Shown: positions 37,651 to 51,986, counted from the stretch's first letter. The stretch is DNA of 64,000 bases from Lama guanicoe (GCA_013239625.1 MU053379.1:318490-382489); one strand, 5' to 3'. Numbers and translations are program-made. Notes: generated by a model from the sequence alone, not told the origin.

Positions 37651-39639
37651 TTGATTACCTCAAGAATATTCAAGTGATTCCTTTGCCATTCAGAATCCCA
37701 TTCAGAATTTGGTACCAAGAAAATTGATATCCTTGAACAGGTAGCAATTTAGGTCCAAGTTTTGGCAAATCTATACCAATTAACAGCAAATGAGCTGTGC
37801 TTCTCACGTCACTGTGTTGTTTATACGTCAGTCTGTTTTTTTCTTTTTCCCCTACAGATGGCTCCTTTTTTCATCAAGAAGATTGGGCATATTCAACAGT
37901 GTTTAAGGCTAGAAAAAGTAACTTCTGTGTTAGGACAAGACACTGATTCTCAGGTCAAAGCTTGTGTTTTGGAAACAAACCCTTTGACATAAGTCCTAAA
38001 TCAGCCCATGGGACTTCAGTAAAATAATGAGGCTGGAAATAGAGCGAGGGCACTGTAACAAGCTTCTGAATTGCTCCTGATTATTGGACAGCAGTGACTC
38101 AGATTTACTCTACAAATAAAGACTGAGCCACTGAAGCAGGGAAGCCTGGACTTGCAACCTTGTTATATCCTGGGGATGAGCAGAGCATTGTCCTTGATGC
38201 CTTCCGTGGTCATACACAGATGTCTTCCAAGCTGTGACCTTTAAAGGGTAAAGCCACAGTTTCCTGTTACAAGAAAGAGTTCCACTGTGTGCAGCCAGTT
38301 ACTATCAGCTCTGTTCAGCTAAATAATCCCAGGCCTATCATCATCCTTCCCCAGATACTGTGGCTTTATCTCTTCCCTTTACATCATCCTTCTCATAGCA
38401 CAGAATTCCATGTCTTCTGCACATTCCTAACTTCCACTGGCAGTGTGAGAGACACATCAATCACACAGTCAGATGGCTAAGCCATGTCTTCAGAGCTTCA
38501 GTGATCTTGAAGCCTATTCTACTCAATTAAAAAAATTATTCTTCTATATGTCCTTGAATTGCCAAGGATAAGAAACTCAAAGCCCAAGTGCTTCAAGATT
38601 CAGCTTTGCCTTAATCTCTGTGTCACCCAATGTCCTGTGGCAGAGATGGTGAGGATTCCTTCCATAACCTCTCAGTACAGTACCAAGTACTCGATAACCT
38701 CCACACGTTGAGAGCAAATACCAGTGATTCTCTGCCTGAGGGCTCTCTTCTTTCCTGTGTTCAGAGCAAGCCAAAGGTACCAGAATCTATGCCTCTGGAA
38801 TCGTCTTCAACCAGTGATGAATGGGAAGCTGGTCCCTAAATATGTTAGTTTTCTCATCCTTCACTTTAGGTATGTTCTGCACAATCCCCCAGAGTTCTCC
38901 AACTACATTGCACTCCAGCTGGCCAAAGCTTAATATACACATAGATACAAATGCAACAGTAATGTGGTATAATAAAATATCAGGAGAAATCCTGGTTAAT
39001 AATACATGGATCATCCAATACAGAATTGAAAAAAAGAAGCAAAAAATATATGGATAAGTTAATTGGCAAAGAAATAAAGGAATTCTTTGAAAAGTAGAAA
39101 TAATGAGGAGGCAAATCCAAAGAGGTAAGCAATGCTCGTGCCAACATTTTCTCTGAGGTTATCTCTGATCTCAGGTTCTCTAAACCTTGAATTTTAATGG
39201 AGCATGGGACAGGGAACCAGAGACAAAACTTGGGCCCAAACTGGGTGGGAGATGTAATCAAAGATCCACACATGAGGCTGGGACGTTTTGAAGGCAATGC
39301 TCTGTGGTGTAGATTAGGAGAAAACACCCTGCCAGTGGGAGAGGGGATGGTAACCCAATCACAACTGACTTCGGCATTGGGAGAAACATTAATGATGATA
39401 ATAATTTTTTTAAAGAAACTTACTTAAAAAACTGAGACCATACGCCTCTATCACCAAGCTGGGGCCAAAATTTAGGTAACCCATGTGTCCTGAAATGATC
39501 TAAGCTCTGACTGTAAGTGTTCTTGAGTGTTCTTGAGTTGGTAGAACCATGAGAGCTGGCAGAAACTAAGCACATCATATTTAGTGGACTATTTTCTTGA
39601 CTCAAAATTCAGCATTCCCAGAGAAGAATCCAGAGAAAT

Positions 39640-41620
39640 GAGCTCACAATCAAGTATCACCAGACACGTGGGAAATAAAGTACCATGAGTGACAGTCAGG
39701 AAAAACAACAAATGAGATCATCAGACTAGTAATGAAAGCAGACATTATAAGTAACAGAGACAACATTTATAATAAATAAGCTTAATAAATACATAGATTT
39801 AAGAAAGTTAGAAATATGATGAAGGAATAAACAAAAGACACTTAAAACGTGACTAAGTATGTTTGAAAAAGAACCAAATGGAATGTCTTAAGAAAATTAT
39901 CCTAATTAAAATGAGAAACTCATTTTAAAATTGAAATGGATGGAGAAAATAGCAGATTAGACACATTTGAGGTGTGAGTTCATGAATGAAAAATTGCTCT
40001 GAAAAAAGCACCCAGAGATGTGCAGAAGAATGCAGGGCAGTGACAGTATGATGGAGGACAGAGTGAAAAGGCTTAACACGTGTGATCAAGTTTCCAGGAA
40101 AAAAAGAAATTAAGGGGCAATGCCTGAAGAAGTAATGACTAAGAAATTTCCAGAAAAAAATTACATTAATTCTCAGATTCAGAAAACACATTGATCTTGA
40201 TTATCAGAATAAATAAAAAGGAACCCATAAGTAAAACTATCCTAATAAAACTATATATTCTCAATTTTTTAAAATCCAAATAGCCAAGACAAATATATGA
40301 CAGTTAGAAAGAGAGCTGCTGTACCAACGACAATGAAAGCACAGGACTGTGGAACAAAATTTTCCAAAGCACTAAGAGAAAAATAACAGTCAGCGTAAAA
40401 TTGTACAGCCAGTAAAGATAAATCTGAAAATAGAAAGTTAAATACAGACATTTACAGACAAATAATATGGAGACTTTTCTACCAACAGAATCCAACCACA
40501 GAAACTTCAAAAAAAACATATGGAAAAATCTAAGATGCGAGAGAGAATGGTAAGTGAAGAAAATGATAAACATGTCATGGTAAATTAATGGTGTTAAGAA
40601 ATGAAGCTGAACTAAAATCCTTGACAACAATAGTATAGAAATCAGAAGGCGGTGATTGAGGTAGAGTACTCTGAAGTAAAATCTTATTTTGTATGGAAGA
40701 AGCTTAAAGATAATGCTGAATTTTAGACTTTGTTAAGCTTACATTAGGTAAGTGGTTTGACTTTCTAGGGTGTGTGAGGAAGCCTTCTGGACGTGGGGTT
40801 GTGTTTCTTACCCAGATGCTGGTTACATGAGTGTGTCTATATTGAGAAAGTCCAGAAATCTGTGTGCTTATGTGATGTAAATTTTCTACATGTAAATTAT
40901 ACTTCAGTAACAATTTAAAATAGAAGGATGGGAATATCTAGGGCAAATAGAACATATAAACAGGATATATAATTTCCCAGCCAGGAGAGGAAAGAATGAA
41001 TGAAAGAAACACACATGTGAACATGTGAAACACACACAGGTAAAAGTAAAGTAAGACAAGAAAAGAAGCAAAAAGGTAAAATAGAAAAGAAAATATAAGA
41101 TAAGATAATAAAAGAGAATTCAAATACACCTGTTATTGCAATCTATATAAATTTGGTTAAAGGTAAAAAATGTACAGTCTATTAAAAGATAAAAATTTAC
41201 AGGCCATCATATGATTTGTTAAAATGTCAAGCAAATGGTATTTATAAACACATCTAAAACAGATGACATGAGATATTATGTAAATACTAACTAACTAAAG
41301 GAGAGTTGATGTATATTAATATGGAGCAAAATAGACTTTCTGGACAAATCATTATTCAGAGGCAAAATGGGTCACTAAAAATTGGTAAAACTTGCAATTC
41401 ACAAAAATATTACAGGAATTCTAAATTTGTATGATACTAATAACATGGATCTAAAATAAATACGTTTGTCAGAAGACTGGAAGAAGTTGGCAAATTTACC
41501 ACGGCAGTGCGAGATGTTCAACTCTCCCTTCTCGGTAATTTAACGATTAAATAAAGAGTCAGGGGAGCATAAGTTAGAGAAGCTTTGAATAACAGCAGGC
41601 AGCAAAGCTTGCTCTTAAAA
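39640..41620 (+). mobile_element. Old L1M/HAL1-like region (ORF1-like and ORF2-start remnants)
   Basis: A-rich strand; AATAGCAGATTAGACACA, GAAGAAGTAATGACTAAGAAATTTCCAGAA and CAGATTCAGAAA are ORF1-like; AAATAGACTTT and CTAAATTTGTATG near 41330-41450 are EN-like. Confidence 0.6.
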
Positions 41621-42509
41621 TAACATCAACCTTGGAGAAGCAAAAACCATTATAAAACATGACGTCAGTACTTGAGTTAAAACACCTACATGTCTCTGAT
41701 GAGTTTGTTTAGAATGTTTTTTTTGAAAAAATAAATTAAAAAAATAAAACCCTATGGATTTTTTTTCTGATTCCAAAACCAACATAATATGTGCAAATAA
41801 AATTTCAAGGTCTAATAAATGTACTGTTAGACAGGTGGCCTTCCTTAGACCTCCTTAATCTAGAGGTGAGTCAGGAAGTGAGTTTAATGAATCTGTGTAC
41901 TAAGAGTCACACACAGTGTTAATCCCAGGGCTGGTGACCACCGTCCTGTTAATTAATTAGGCCCCTCTGCTTAGCTTTGATGCCTGGAAAATCACTGGTT
42001 TGAAATTCTGGAGGGAAAAAACCAGATCAGTGACCAGGTCGGTGACATACAGGATCCAATAAAAAGACGGCTTTTCTGTTCAATTAGAGGATGGATTTAA
42101 GAGCAGGGTAAAAACTGAACAAACACTGTTTTTTATCAATTGGAATTTTCCAGAGCCCCTTCCTGAACAACAGTCTGGATGCACATGAAGCTTCTAAGGG
42201 GTCGAAAGTTTAAGCAAACTAGAGCAATGGGAAAATATGAGGAGTGAGGTGTATGTCCTGGTGCTGTCCATTTAGAAGCAACGTTGAGAACAGATCCTCT
42301 GGCTTCAAATCATGCACCAAGTTCTCTCCCTCTTTTCCTTGATAAAAAGAAGCACAATATGGGATTTGGAAAAATATTAGTCTCCCTGTGTTAGCAACCT
42401 GCAGGGAGCCACTTGTAAAAATTTGCCTTCTCCTTTTAAAGGACTTGCAAGAGTGGAGAAAGCTCTTTAGATGGTCATTTTCCATTACTTCCATAACAAA
42501 TAAATGCAA

Positions 42510-43060
42510 GCAGTGGCTCATAAATTTATTTTCTTAAAGTTCTTTAAGTCAGAATTACAACATGGGTTCACTGAGCTAGAATCAAGATGTTAGTATGGCT
42601 GTGTTCCTTTCTGGTGGCTCCAGGGAAACTTTCATTTCCTTGCTTATTTGGTTGCCAAAGGAATTCAGTTCCTTTGGGTTGTGGGACCAGGATTCCTTAC
42701 TACCTACCAGCTAAGGGCTGCTCCCATCCTCTAGAAGCCTCCTATGTTTCTTGGCTCACAGCCTCCTTTCTTCATCTTCACAGCCAGCAAGGGTTGGTCA
42801 AGTTCCCTTTATGCTTCAAATCTTTCCTCCTTCTTCCAACATATCTCTTTCTCAAGGTGGAAATAGTTGTCTGCTTTTAAGGATTTATGAGATTAAATTG
42901 GACCTACCTGGCTAATCCAGGCTACTCTCCCCAACTCAAGGTGCACAACTTTAGTCATGTCTGCAGAGTTTCTTCTGCCATACATGTAAGCGGATACATC
43001 CATAAATTCCAAGGAGTAAGGTGCAGAATCTTTGGAGGAAATCTTTATTTTTCTAACCAC
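42510..43060 (-). mobile_element. MaLR LTR (MLT1D/E-like)
   Basis: AATCAAGATGTTAGTATGGCTGTGTTCCTTTCTGG...GGACCTACCTGGCTAATCCAGG. Confidence 0.7.
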
Positions 43061-43751
43061 AGTGGGATGAAGGGATGGCCTAAAACAGCTTAGGTCTCAC
43101 AGTTTGGGGACCAAGCTACAGAAAAGTTCTTCACTGAGCTAAGAGCCCTGCGATGGAGAAGGAAAGCGGGTAGCCGTGGTCCCCCTCTCCTTCCTCCACT
43201 CCCTAGCTGCAAGGTCGGTGCCCTGGAGTGAAGGGATCCAGGAAGGCGGAGCAGGCATCACTGGGCTGTGGGTCTTTCACTCGCCGACCTGGCGGCGGCT
43301 AAAGAACCCTTTCATGGGTTCTTCAGACAGTCCCGACAGGACCTCCCTTCCCTGCAGTTCTCCTGAGGAAAGAAGGTACATCTCTATCCAGATGATCAGA
43401 TGCACTCCTCTCTCAGACTCTGGACGTTCAGCAAGTTTATCCAGCACATTCCTGCTGAGATTTCCTCACGCCTTCAACCACTGCAGCAGATTTCTCTCTG
43501 GTGACCTCGTTGGTCCATGAGAAATAAATGTACTTTCTCCATTCTTTGAAGTGGAGAAAAGAAAGTAAAGGAAATAGGAAGGAATGGAAAATAGAAACTC
43601 AAAATTCAGGGATCAAGCATATGTCAATAGGTGAAGGTCCAGCTGGGGACTCAGCTGTATGAAACAGGGCTCTGTGATGAATGGGAGCCAGCATCAAGAG
43701 GGTGTGGAGAGACAGTCAGCAAGTCAAGTACCCACTGGACTCTAAAACAAG

Positions 43752-44200
43752 GTCTTAATCCCAGGTGGGCTTCCCCAGAAGCAGATGCTGACATGAGAAT
43801 TTGAAGGCAAGCAGTTTGCCTGGAAGTTCCCTTCGACACTAGCAAGGAAATGAGGTTGTAATATAAGGAAGGGGAGGCAGCCTAAAAAGGTGTGTGGTTA
43901 AGCTAGCTATATAATGGGCAACTGAAACTTTACACCATGTGAGAGCCTGCGGAAACAGTGCAGAACACACTTCAGAGCCATGTCACCTGAAGGGTGAGGG
44001 GTCTGGGTTATTTGTATACTTTCTCCCATCACTCATTTGTTGAGTGTCCTCCAGGTGGATGTTTAATACCCAGGGACTTCTGGCCTGTGCTGAGCCAGAG
44101 CACAGTCCTTTGGTAACCTGTTGAAAGCTCCCAGTTACAGAGATGCAGGAGCAGTCATCTGAAGTCAATGACTGTATGTTGACATAGTAGAATTCTAGGC
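43752..44200 (-). mobile_element. ERVL-class LTR (LTR33-like)
   Basis: GGGCTTCCCCAGAAGCAGATGCTGACATGAGAATTTGAAGGCAAGCAGTTT signature. Confidence 0.6.
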
Positions 44201-45069
44201 AGATAGTGATGAAATCTAATATACAGACAGAATTCAGACAGCAGAGAAATGACTCATGCAGGGATCAGAGTGAAATGAAAGGGAAGCTTAAGAGAAAAGC
44301 ATGCAGGCTGTTTTTGAGCCCTTTAGAGATAGAATATGTCCTACTATCTGGGGATGGGGACGAATCTAGAAGTGGACAAGAGGGTTTCAAAGCAGAAAGA
44401 TACAGGGTTCTTTCTGAGGGGCCAAAACTAACACATAAAATGGCAGCATTAAAAATGAATAACAGTAAGTGCAGTGGGAAACCAACGAGGCAGAAGAAGT
44501 GAGCAAAGCCTTGATGGAGGAAAACCAACTGACCTGTGTCTTAAAGGATGGGTGGAAATTAGAGAAATCCTCACATGATTTGCTTTGGTAACCTCTTTCA
44601 GCTATGATGTCTAATTAAAGCCAGGGGAAAAGTGAGAGAGGAAATCAATGTGTCACCACCAGGAGGAGAAGGGGGCGTCTGCCAAGGTTCACTCTAAACA
44701 CGGCCACGAGGTTGTCCCCTGGGCACTTTGTGAACAATGTTGAAGAGCTTGGGTTTGCCGTATGCTGATATTATCTCAGAAGAAAAGTTCCTGTGGTGTT
44801 ATTTCAGGGCTCAAATGGCTTTCTCAGCTCCTTTTTCTTAATTTGCTGGAGACTAGTCCAGACAAAATAATTAGAGTTGCTTCAATAATGTGTATGCTTT
44901 ACCACTTTCAATTAAAGATGAGAATATTATGAGAAAGAGAGAGAGAGAACAAATTGGAGCACTCACCTAACAATGGAAGTATTTTTTATGTCACCACCAT
45001 TCCTCCATACAAACTTGCTCAATATTTTCTTGGTTATTAAACTACAAATCCCTACATTGTTTCATGTTA

Positions 45070-45460
45070 AACAGCTTTATTAAGGTATAATTAACACACA
45101 ATAAACTGCACGTGTTTAGAATGTACAATTTTGATGTTTTGATATATATATATACATACACACACACACACGATAAAACCACTGTACAGTCAAGACAGTG
45201 ACCATGTCCATCACCCCAAAATGTTCTTTGTGCATATTGTAAACCCTCCGCTGTCCCCTTCTACTTCTACTGGCACCCTTGCCTCGGGAAACCACCTGCT
45301 TTCTGTTGCTGTAGGTTAATTTATGTTGTTAGAATTTTATGTCGATGGAATCACACAGCATGTACTCTCTTACCTAGCTTCCTTCACTCACCGTAATTAT
45401 TCTGAGATTCATCCATGTCTTTAATATGTGCCAGTAGTTCATTACCTTTTACTGCTGGGT
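45070..45460 (-). mobile_element. Old L1 (L1MB/MC-like) 3' end
   Basis: ACAGCTTTATTAAGGTATAATT...GAGATTCATCCATG, typical antisense L1M 3' end. Confidence 0.7.
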
Positions 45461-45520
45461 GGTCTTCAAGTTTTCAAACTTGCAAAATCAGGCATCTCTT
45501 TAATTTTGAGAACTATCCGT

Positions 45521-45967
45521 TGTATTAGTTTCCTAGGCTGCCGTAACAAACTACCTCAAAAAGTGGCTTTAAACAACAGCACTTTTTCCTTTCACGGTTC
45601 TGGAGGCTAGGATCTGGAACCAAGGTGCCAGCAGGGCCATGCTCCTTCTGAAGACTTCTAGGGAAGAATCTGTCCCATGCCCCTCTCTTAGCTTCTGGTG
45701 TTGCCAGCAGTCTTTGGTGATCCTTGGCTTCAGATGCATTATTTCTATCTCTGCCTCCATCATTGCATGGATTCTCCCTCTTGTGTGTCTCTGTGCCTTT
45801 TCTCTTCTCATAAGGACACCAGAAGTATTAGATTAAGGACTCATCCTGCTCCAGTATGACCTCATCTTAACTAATGACAACTGCCATGATCCTATTTCCA
45901 AATAAGTTCACATGCTGAGAATCCAGGAAGGACATGAATCTGCAGGGATACTGTCCAACCTGGTACA
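45521..45967 (-). mobile_element. MaLR solo LTR (MLT1B/C-like)
   Basis: TGTATTAGTTTCCTAGGCTGCCGTAACAAA...TCCAGTATGACCTCATCTTAACT...TTCCAAATAAG. Confidence 0.85.
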
Positions 45968-47408
45968 GTCATCCCTCCCCATGAAACTTTATATGGCTCT
46001 GTTAAATTAAAGTAAGAAGTAACAGTAGTTCTTTTTCTTTAATTATTGACCTATCTTGAGATAATGTGAACCAGGAATCACATTTCTCAAAGTGTTTTCC
46101 AAATAATTACAAATGAAATCATATTCTCTGAAAATAAGGTAGTATGCTTTAAGAAGTTTGGTGAATGCTAGGTTAAAAAACAGAAATGTCTGTATTGAAG
46201 GCTTATCAAATCTTAAGCATGTATAACCAGAATAAACTTGGCTCTTTTCATTACCTTTCTCGGCACAGCATTGCTTTCAAAAGAGCTACAAAAGAATTGA
46301 GAAGCAATTTAAATCTTTATTGCAGAACTCTTGAAAAACACCACAGGGGAAATAAAGTACATTATCTACAGTAAAAGCACCCCCTAAATTCTCACTCATC
46401 TTCCCCAAGCCTATTGATCACCTCACAGCAGCTGCCCCCAAATCGTAGAGTCATCTTTTTAAATAAACCTTCCCAAAGCTTTCTCCCAAAATAAACTCTG
46501 AGCTGATCTTGTCTTTTTTTGTTCCCTTCTCCCCTCCTACCTGCCCAAATACACTTTTTTAGAGAGAGGGAAAACTCTCAGTTCTTTCTAATGCAGAAAA
46601 TTAAGTCTTTAGGAACATCTCTGGCTTTCCTCCCTAACATCCTTGCTAATGCAAACACACTGAAACCAACTCAGAATGTACAAAAGGGGAAAGGTTGTGA
46701 ATAATGAGAAATTATACCGAGCTATGAGGTGCAGGGGTGGCTGAACCAAGAGATGCTGGGGGAAGGAAAATGGCGGATGCTCCAGAAAGATGGATCATCC
46801 CTTTGCCCCAAGTCCAACCTCCAGGGTTCTTTGGAGAATTTTTAAGCAATGGAAATTGTTATCTTTGATACCCCTAGTTGGCCTACTCAAAAAAGTTCTG
46901 CCCAGGTGGACCTCTGTCTATTAGCTTCCAGATAATCAGTTGATGCAAAAATGGTACAAACAAGATTTACTGTTCCCAGACTGCAAGAGTCTCATTTTCT
47001 CCCTTCTGTCTTTGACTCGTTTTTGCCTTCATTCCTTGGCTTAGTCCATCAAGTGACTTCTCATGTGAGTAAACAATCTGCCTACAAAATAAACTAACAA
47101 ATGTCTCTGAACTGTTCTTTGACAAGAAATATTTTCGCCTCAGTCACGTAAACTATTTCACTAGGAGTATCCAAGTGGGACATTAATGTACTCTAGCTTG
47201 TCCTAAAGTTCTGCTTTTGCCTTTTAGAGCTTCTTTAAGGATATGCAAGAGGCATGAAATGCTGACCACCTCTCTGAGAGTGTTGTTACCACTTAGGTGT
47301 GCTGCAGACCCACAATGTTTTCAGTTGGAAATCACCAAAAAGTAGGCAACCAGCCCACTGAACATTCACCATTCACAGGATATACTCAAAACACAATTTA
47401 ATTTTTCT

Positions 47409-47439
<31 letters not shown>

Positions 47440-50400
47440 ACCATTTCCCTTTAAAATAAATCCCTGCCTGTGGGTAAAGACTAGAGTAAGTTTAACGAAG
47501 TAGGCAACAGACAGTTTTATGGCCACTTCAAACAACACACAAGCTTCAATTTAGACGTTTAAAGGACCAGCCTTCGATAGTAATGAAATATGTGAACGTG
47601 GCGATTTAGTGTCAAAACTCCCACCTCCCAGCTAGGCCCACTGGGGCCGGTCCAATTTCAGGGGTGGGGGCAGGGCTGGTCCTTCTCCATTCATACCCCA
47701 CACTGCTCTCTCCTCCTGGTTGTATCAGCTTCAGAGTCTGCCTTCTCTTGGGACTCATCCAGGCGGAGCTGAGCTTGTGAGAACACCACATTCTGGCAAC
47801 CTCTCTCTTTGGAGTACCTTTGCAAGTCCTTCCAGATGCAGATTCCACAGTGTAGACCACACTTCTGCTTTGTCCAGCCGCTCCATTTCCAGCGCATGGC
47901 TTACATGCTCACCACTGAGGGTCTCATCTCCCCTTCAAGGAGGACCTCTGGCCCTGGACCTGAAACGGCCTCTGGGGAGGGGGAGGGAGGAGTCTCCTTC
48001 TCCTAGGGTCAACAGCTGGCCCATGGGAGACACTCATATACACCCAGTTCCACGGTCAAGGGAACACACTCACTTCCCACATGCAAGGGCTCCTCACAGA
48101 TTACCACCAAAGGGTCTCACCAGCCCTTCCCCTGACCTCCAAATTTCCTGGGGTCGGAGACAGACTTCCAGCTCCTGGGCCTTCAAAGCTCAGGCGATGC
48201 ATCTCAGGTTCTCTGAGGGCGTCCTACTGCTCTCTCCCTCCAGGCAAGTAGGCTTCAGATGTGGGAACAGCTAACCTCTCCACAGGGAGATGCCCAGAAG
48301 TTTTGAAACTGATTATCTTCAATTTTCTTTATTAAATGATGCATACTGCACTTTGGGTTTCATGTCTGTGGTACCTTGGTTCTTAGCAGGAACTTCAGTT
48401 CAAGATCCTGTTACAATAAGACATGCATCAAAGGGGAAAATGCTAGCATACCCTTTCTTTAAGGAAAAAAAAAAACAGGTATTAGACAGACGTGATCTTT
48501 GTCTTTGATGCTGTGCTGGCCTGATTCTCTACATTTACATATGTGTAGGGAAATAGGAAGACATATGTAAATGTGAAGAAAATCATGACTCAGAGCAAGA
48601 AAAGTAACAAAGTTAAACTCTAAGTACTTCTTTGAAGTTTTAAATGGTGTATTCTAAGTACATTTTAAAATAATTAACCTTTAAAATGACATTGAGAAAC
48701 TATCTAGATGTCCAAAAATGAGTTATATATGAAGTAAATAGATGTAGCTTAGATTCTGGATAACCATGCAGTAATTATTAATAATAATCTGTACCTAAAT
48801 TTATTGATTAAGAAATGTTCATGCTCTACTGTTAAATTTAAGAGTGAACCAGTTTTTATGATATAATATCCTTTAATAAGTGTGTGTGCTCATAAAAAAT
48901 TGTATGAAAGGATACATACCTACTCACTTCTGAGTGATAAGATGATGAGTAATTTTCAGTTTCACTCAGCATTTTGCTACATTCTCTGATTTTTGGTATT
49001 GAATACTTTTGCTATTCATAGTGAGAATAAAAACAAGAAGGATGTTATCATTAAAATGAAATATACTTCTCTCATAAATGTGAGGTTTTTTAATCAACAT
49101 AATTGTGCTTGAGTTTACTGTTACATAATTCAGAAAGAGTATTTTCATATGAACTATAATTTGGTTTCAATTCTGAATTAGGCAGTTTTTGCATGTGAAT
49201 ATGTTCATGATAATTTTTTAAAGATATTGATGAGCCAGACCATTTGTAAATGGATCTATTGATATTCTCACAATTTAATACGCATTCTTTTGATTCAGTG
49301 GTTTTAAACTGATTCTAGGAAAAACTTTAGCTAAAAAGTTAAAATTTATAAGCATCTTCCCAAACAATAGGAACATATCCTTAAGGACTGGGTGGCTTCT
49401 TTTAATTTTTTAAATTTTTATTTTTTACTATGCTTCAAGTTTCTTGTTTAAATAGATTGCTTATCAATATTTGATAGATACTTTGTGTCTGCAATTTATG
49501 TATGTTTATTTAAATACATATTTCATAGTCACTATAATATAACAATATGCTTCACTAATTCACTTCCTCCTCCATCCCATAAGGAAGAAATTTAACAGCT
49601 AATATAATGCATTTGAAGAGAGAAGAGAGAGCTACATTCAGGCTTAATATGTACAGTGCATTCTTACTGAGTCTTCCTTGGGTATCATAGAGTTTGTGGA
49701 TGTAAAGTGAATGTGGAACAAGAATGATCTGGTGTAGCATTATCTTTTAATTGGAGTTTCTATTTCTGTCACTGTTTCATTTGCTCACCATAACAGCTTA
49801 AGCCATAGCAATTGGCAGAAGCATCATCGTTGGTTTGGACTGCAGACAAAAGGACAAATGTGAGTGTTTTCCTTCCAAAAAGACTTGGAGAAGAATTTAG
49901 GATTTTGCCTAGATTTTGCCTGGGGAACAAATTAGATCTGAAAATAGCTAAGTGCACAGTTAAACCAGATTCCTGAGGAGTCTCTGCATTCAACAACCCC
50001 TGATGGGTCCTCTCAAAACTTTTACCTACTCTACGTATTCTGAGTAAAGCTTAACGTGAAAGATGTATTTTCCTGAAAATAGCATATGAGGGAAACTGGG
50101 AACTTGGAGCCTTTGTGTTTGTAGGGAGCTATTGTGCAAAACAACACATTCGTATACAAAATGTGAGGAGGCAACTTTGTCCTCATATAATAGATGGTGA
50201 CATTTCTGGTAACTCCTGTCTTTGGAGGCAGTTCACAGACGGAGTGGGGAACGCTGAGTCTAGTTCTCCTGGAGAATTGTTATTTATATCTGCTGCTCAT
50301 GGGTCAACATGAGCTATTAAAGATACTTTCTAGGTATTTTGCTTGAGTCCTGTCCTTACCAAGAGTCATTTGTGCTTGTTCCCAAAGTTGCTCATGCCCT

Positions 50401-50769
50401 GTTTCTCAGTTTCTGAACTCATGCAAGCTATTTAAAAGTCATATAAAACAATGAAATATGAGTGCAAAGAGATTTCTTTCTTAAAAAATAGAACTAAGTT
50501 GAATACCTTGGGAAAACACCAACAAAGGTAAATAACTTTTATTAAAAGTAGCATGACTATGAAAGATTGGAGAGAAAATGTCAAAAATAAAAAGATTCCA
50601 CATTGAGCTTGTGTCTCTCTTGTTCCTGCTGTTGTTGCTGTAATTTAACTCTTGTTCCCCTTCAAAGAGATCAAAAATCAGAACTGATAGGTGAACCAGG
50701 GTACTATTTATGCAAGAAACACTAAGCTGTCCTGAGCACTAGCAATTGTTAACTGACCTGTTTGCAGGA

Positions 50770-51055
50770 TTATTCTTGGATTCTGTGCCCAGAGATGCTG
50801 ACTTGGTTGGTCTAGACCCAGTGAGATAAGAGCCTCTGGATTTTTAAATTTTCCGCAACTAATTCTAATATGTAGCCAAATTTGAGCACTCCTACACAAG
50901 AGCAGGGATGCTAAAACATCCCCTGCAGATACTGTGAAATACAGATTCTAACTCAGTAGCCCTGCAGTGGTGAGGTCCAAGGTTCTGCTTTTCTAGCCAG
51001 CTCCTGAGTGATGTTGATGCTGCTTGTCCCGGAAGCACACTCTGAGTGGCCAGGT
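50770..51055. mobile_element. Adjacent MER5-like fragments
   Basis: CCCAGAGATGCTGAC...CAGATTCTAACTCAGTAG...GTGATGTTGATGCTGCT. Confidence 0.6.
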
Positions 51056-51986
51056 GTTAAAGAATGTGAAATGAGAACCCTATCGAGCATTGTTTATCAA
51101 CCTTCACTGTGCTTGGAATCACTTAGACTGGTCTCACTCACAGGGATCCTGATTTGATTTCTCGGTGTTTTCACTGTACACTCAAGGCCCAAGAGGCACT
51201 TCTCTGGAAGGTGACATGTTAAAAAAGAAAACAAAAAAACAAAAAACCCTGTGCACATGGCAAAGAATGTTGAAGCATCCTGTCTGTGAATTTCTGCTAA
51301 AATACATTTTTGTTTTCTGTCTTCAGGATGGTTCCCCAGCCCTCCATCCTCTTCCCTTCCCTTAAAAAGTCAGTCTGTCTAGTAAGGATCCCCTTGAATA
51401 GCCCATATCATGACACTAGTATCCCCCCAGGACTAGCCCCACACAATCTATCAACTCTGGAGACTGAAAGCACAAATGAGCCATTTGATAACAGGACCAT
51501 GTGTTCTTTTTATCCAGGTCCTTCAAACTCAGCTCCTGGAGCTGTAGAAACAGCACATGGCTTGAGACCAGATGCTCTGCTCTCTGGAGAGCTGGTTTGG
51601 TGACAGGTTTCAGCTGCGTGAACGTTCAACACCTTGGTGAGCTGAGAGGTCTGGTGTGGAGGAGAGTCGGAGGAAGACTACCCCTCTCTAGAGAGGAACT
51701 TTGGGGATGCAAAGAGCAGCTTTAGTTTCTAAATTCCACACCAAAAATCCGAAGTGTTGAGCATGATATCACTTCTGGAATAACTGAATTAGAGCCTATC
51801 ATCAGGCTTCAAACAGTGAAGATTTGCACAAATATGTGACTCACTGTAGCAGCTCAAGAGCAGAAACCTTTCAGAATTAAATATTGAAAAGAATTTGTTG
51901 GACTTTATTATGGATAAGACACCAGGCTATTCATGGGAGGAATGCCAAAGAACTAGTGAAAAAAGAAATGTCAGAATGAACCGTGG

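Noticed and set aside
47402..48274. Processed pseudogene with poly(A) tail
   Set aside because: No TSD, poly(A) signal or recognisable protein found; kept only as an unassigned block
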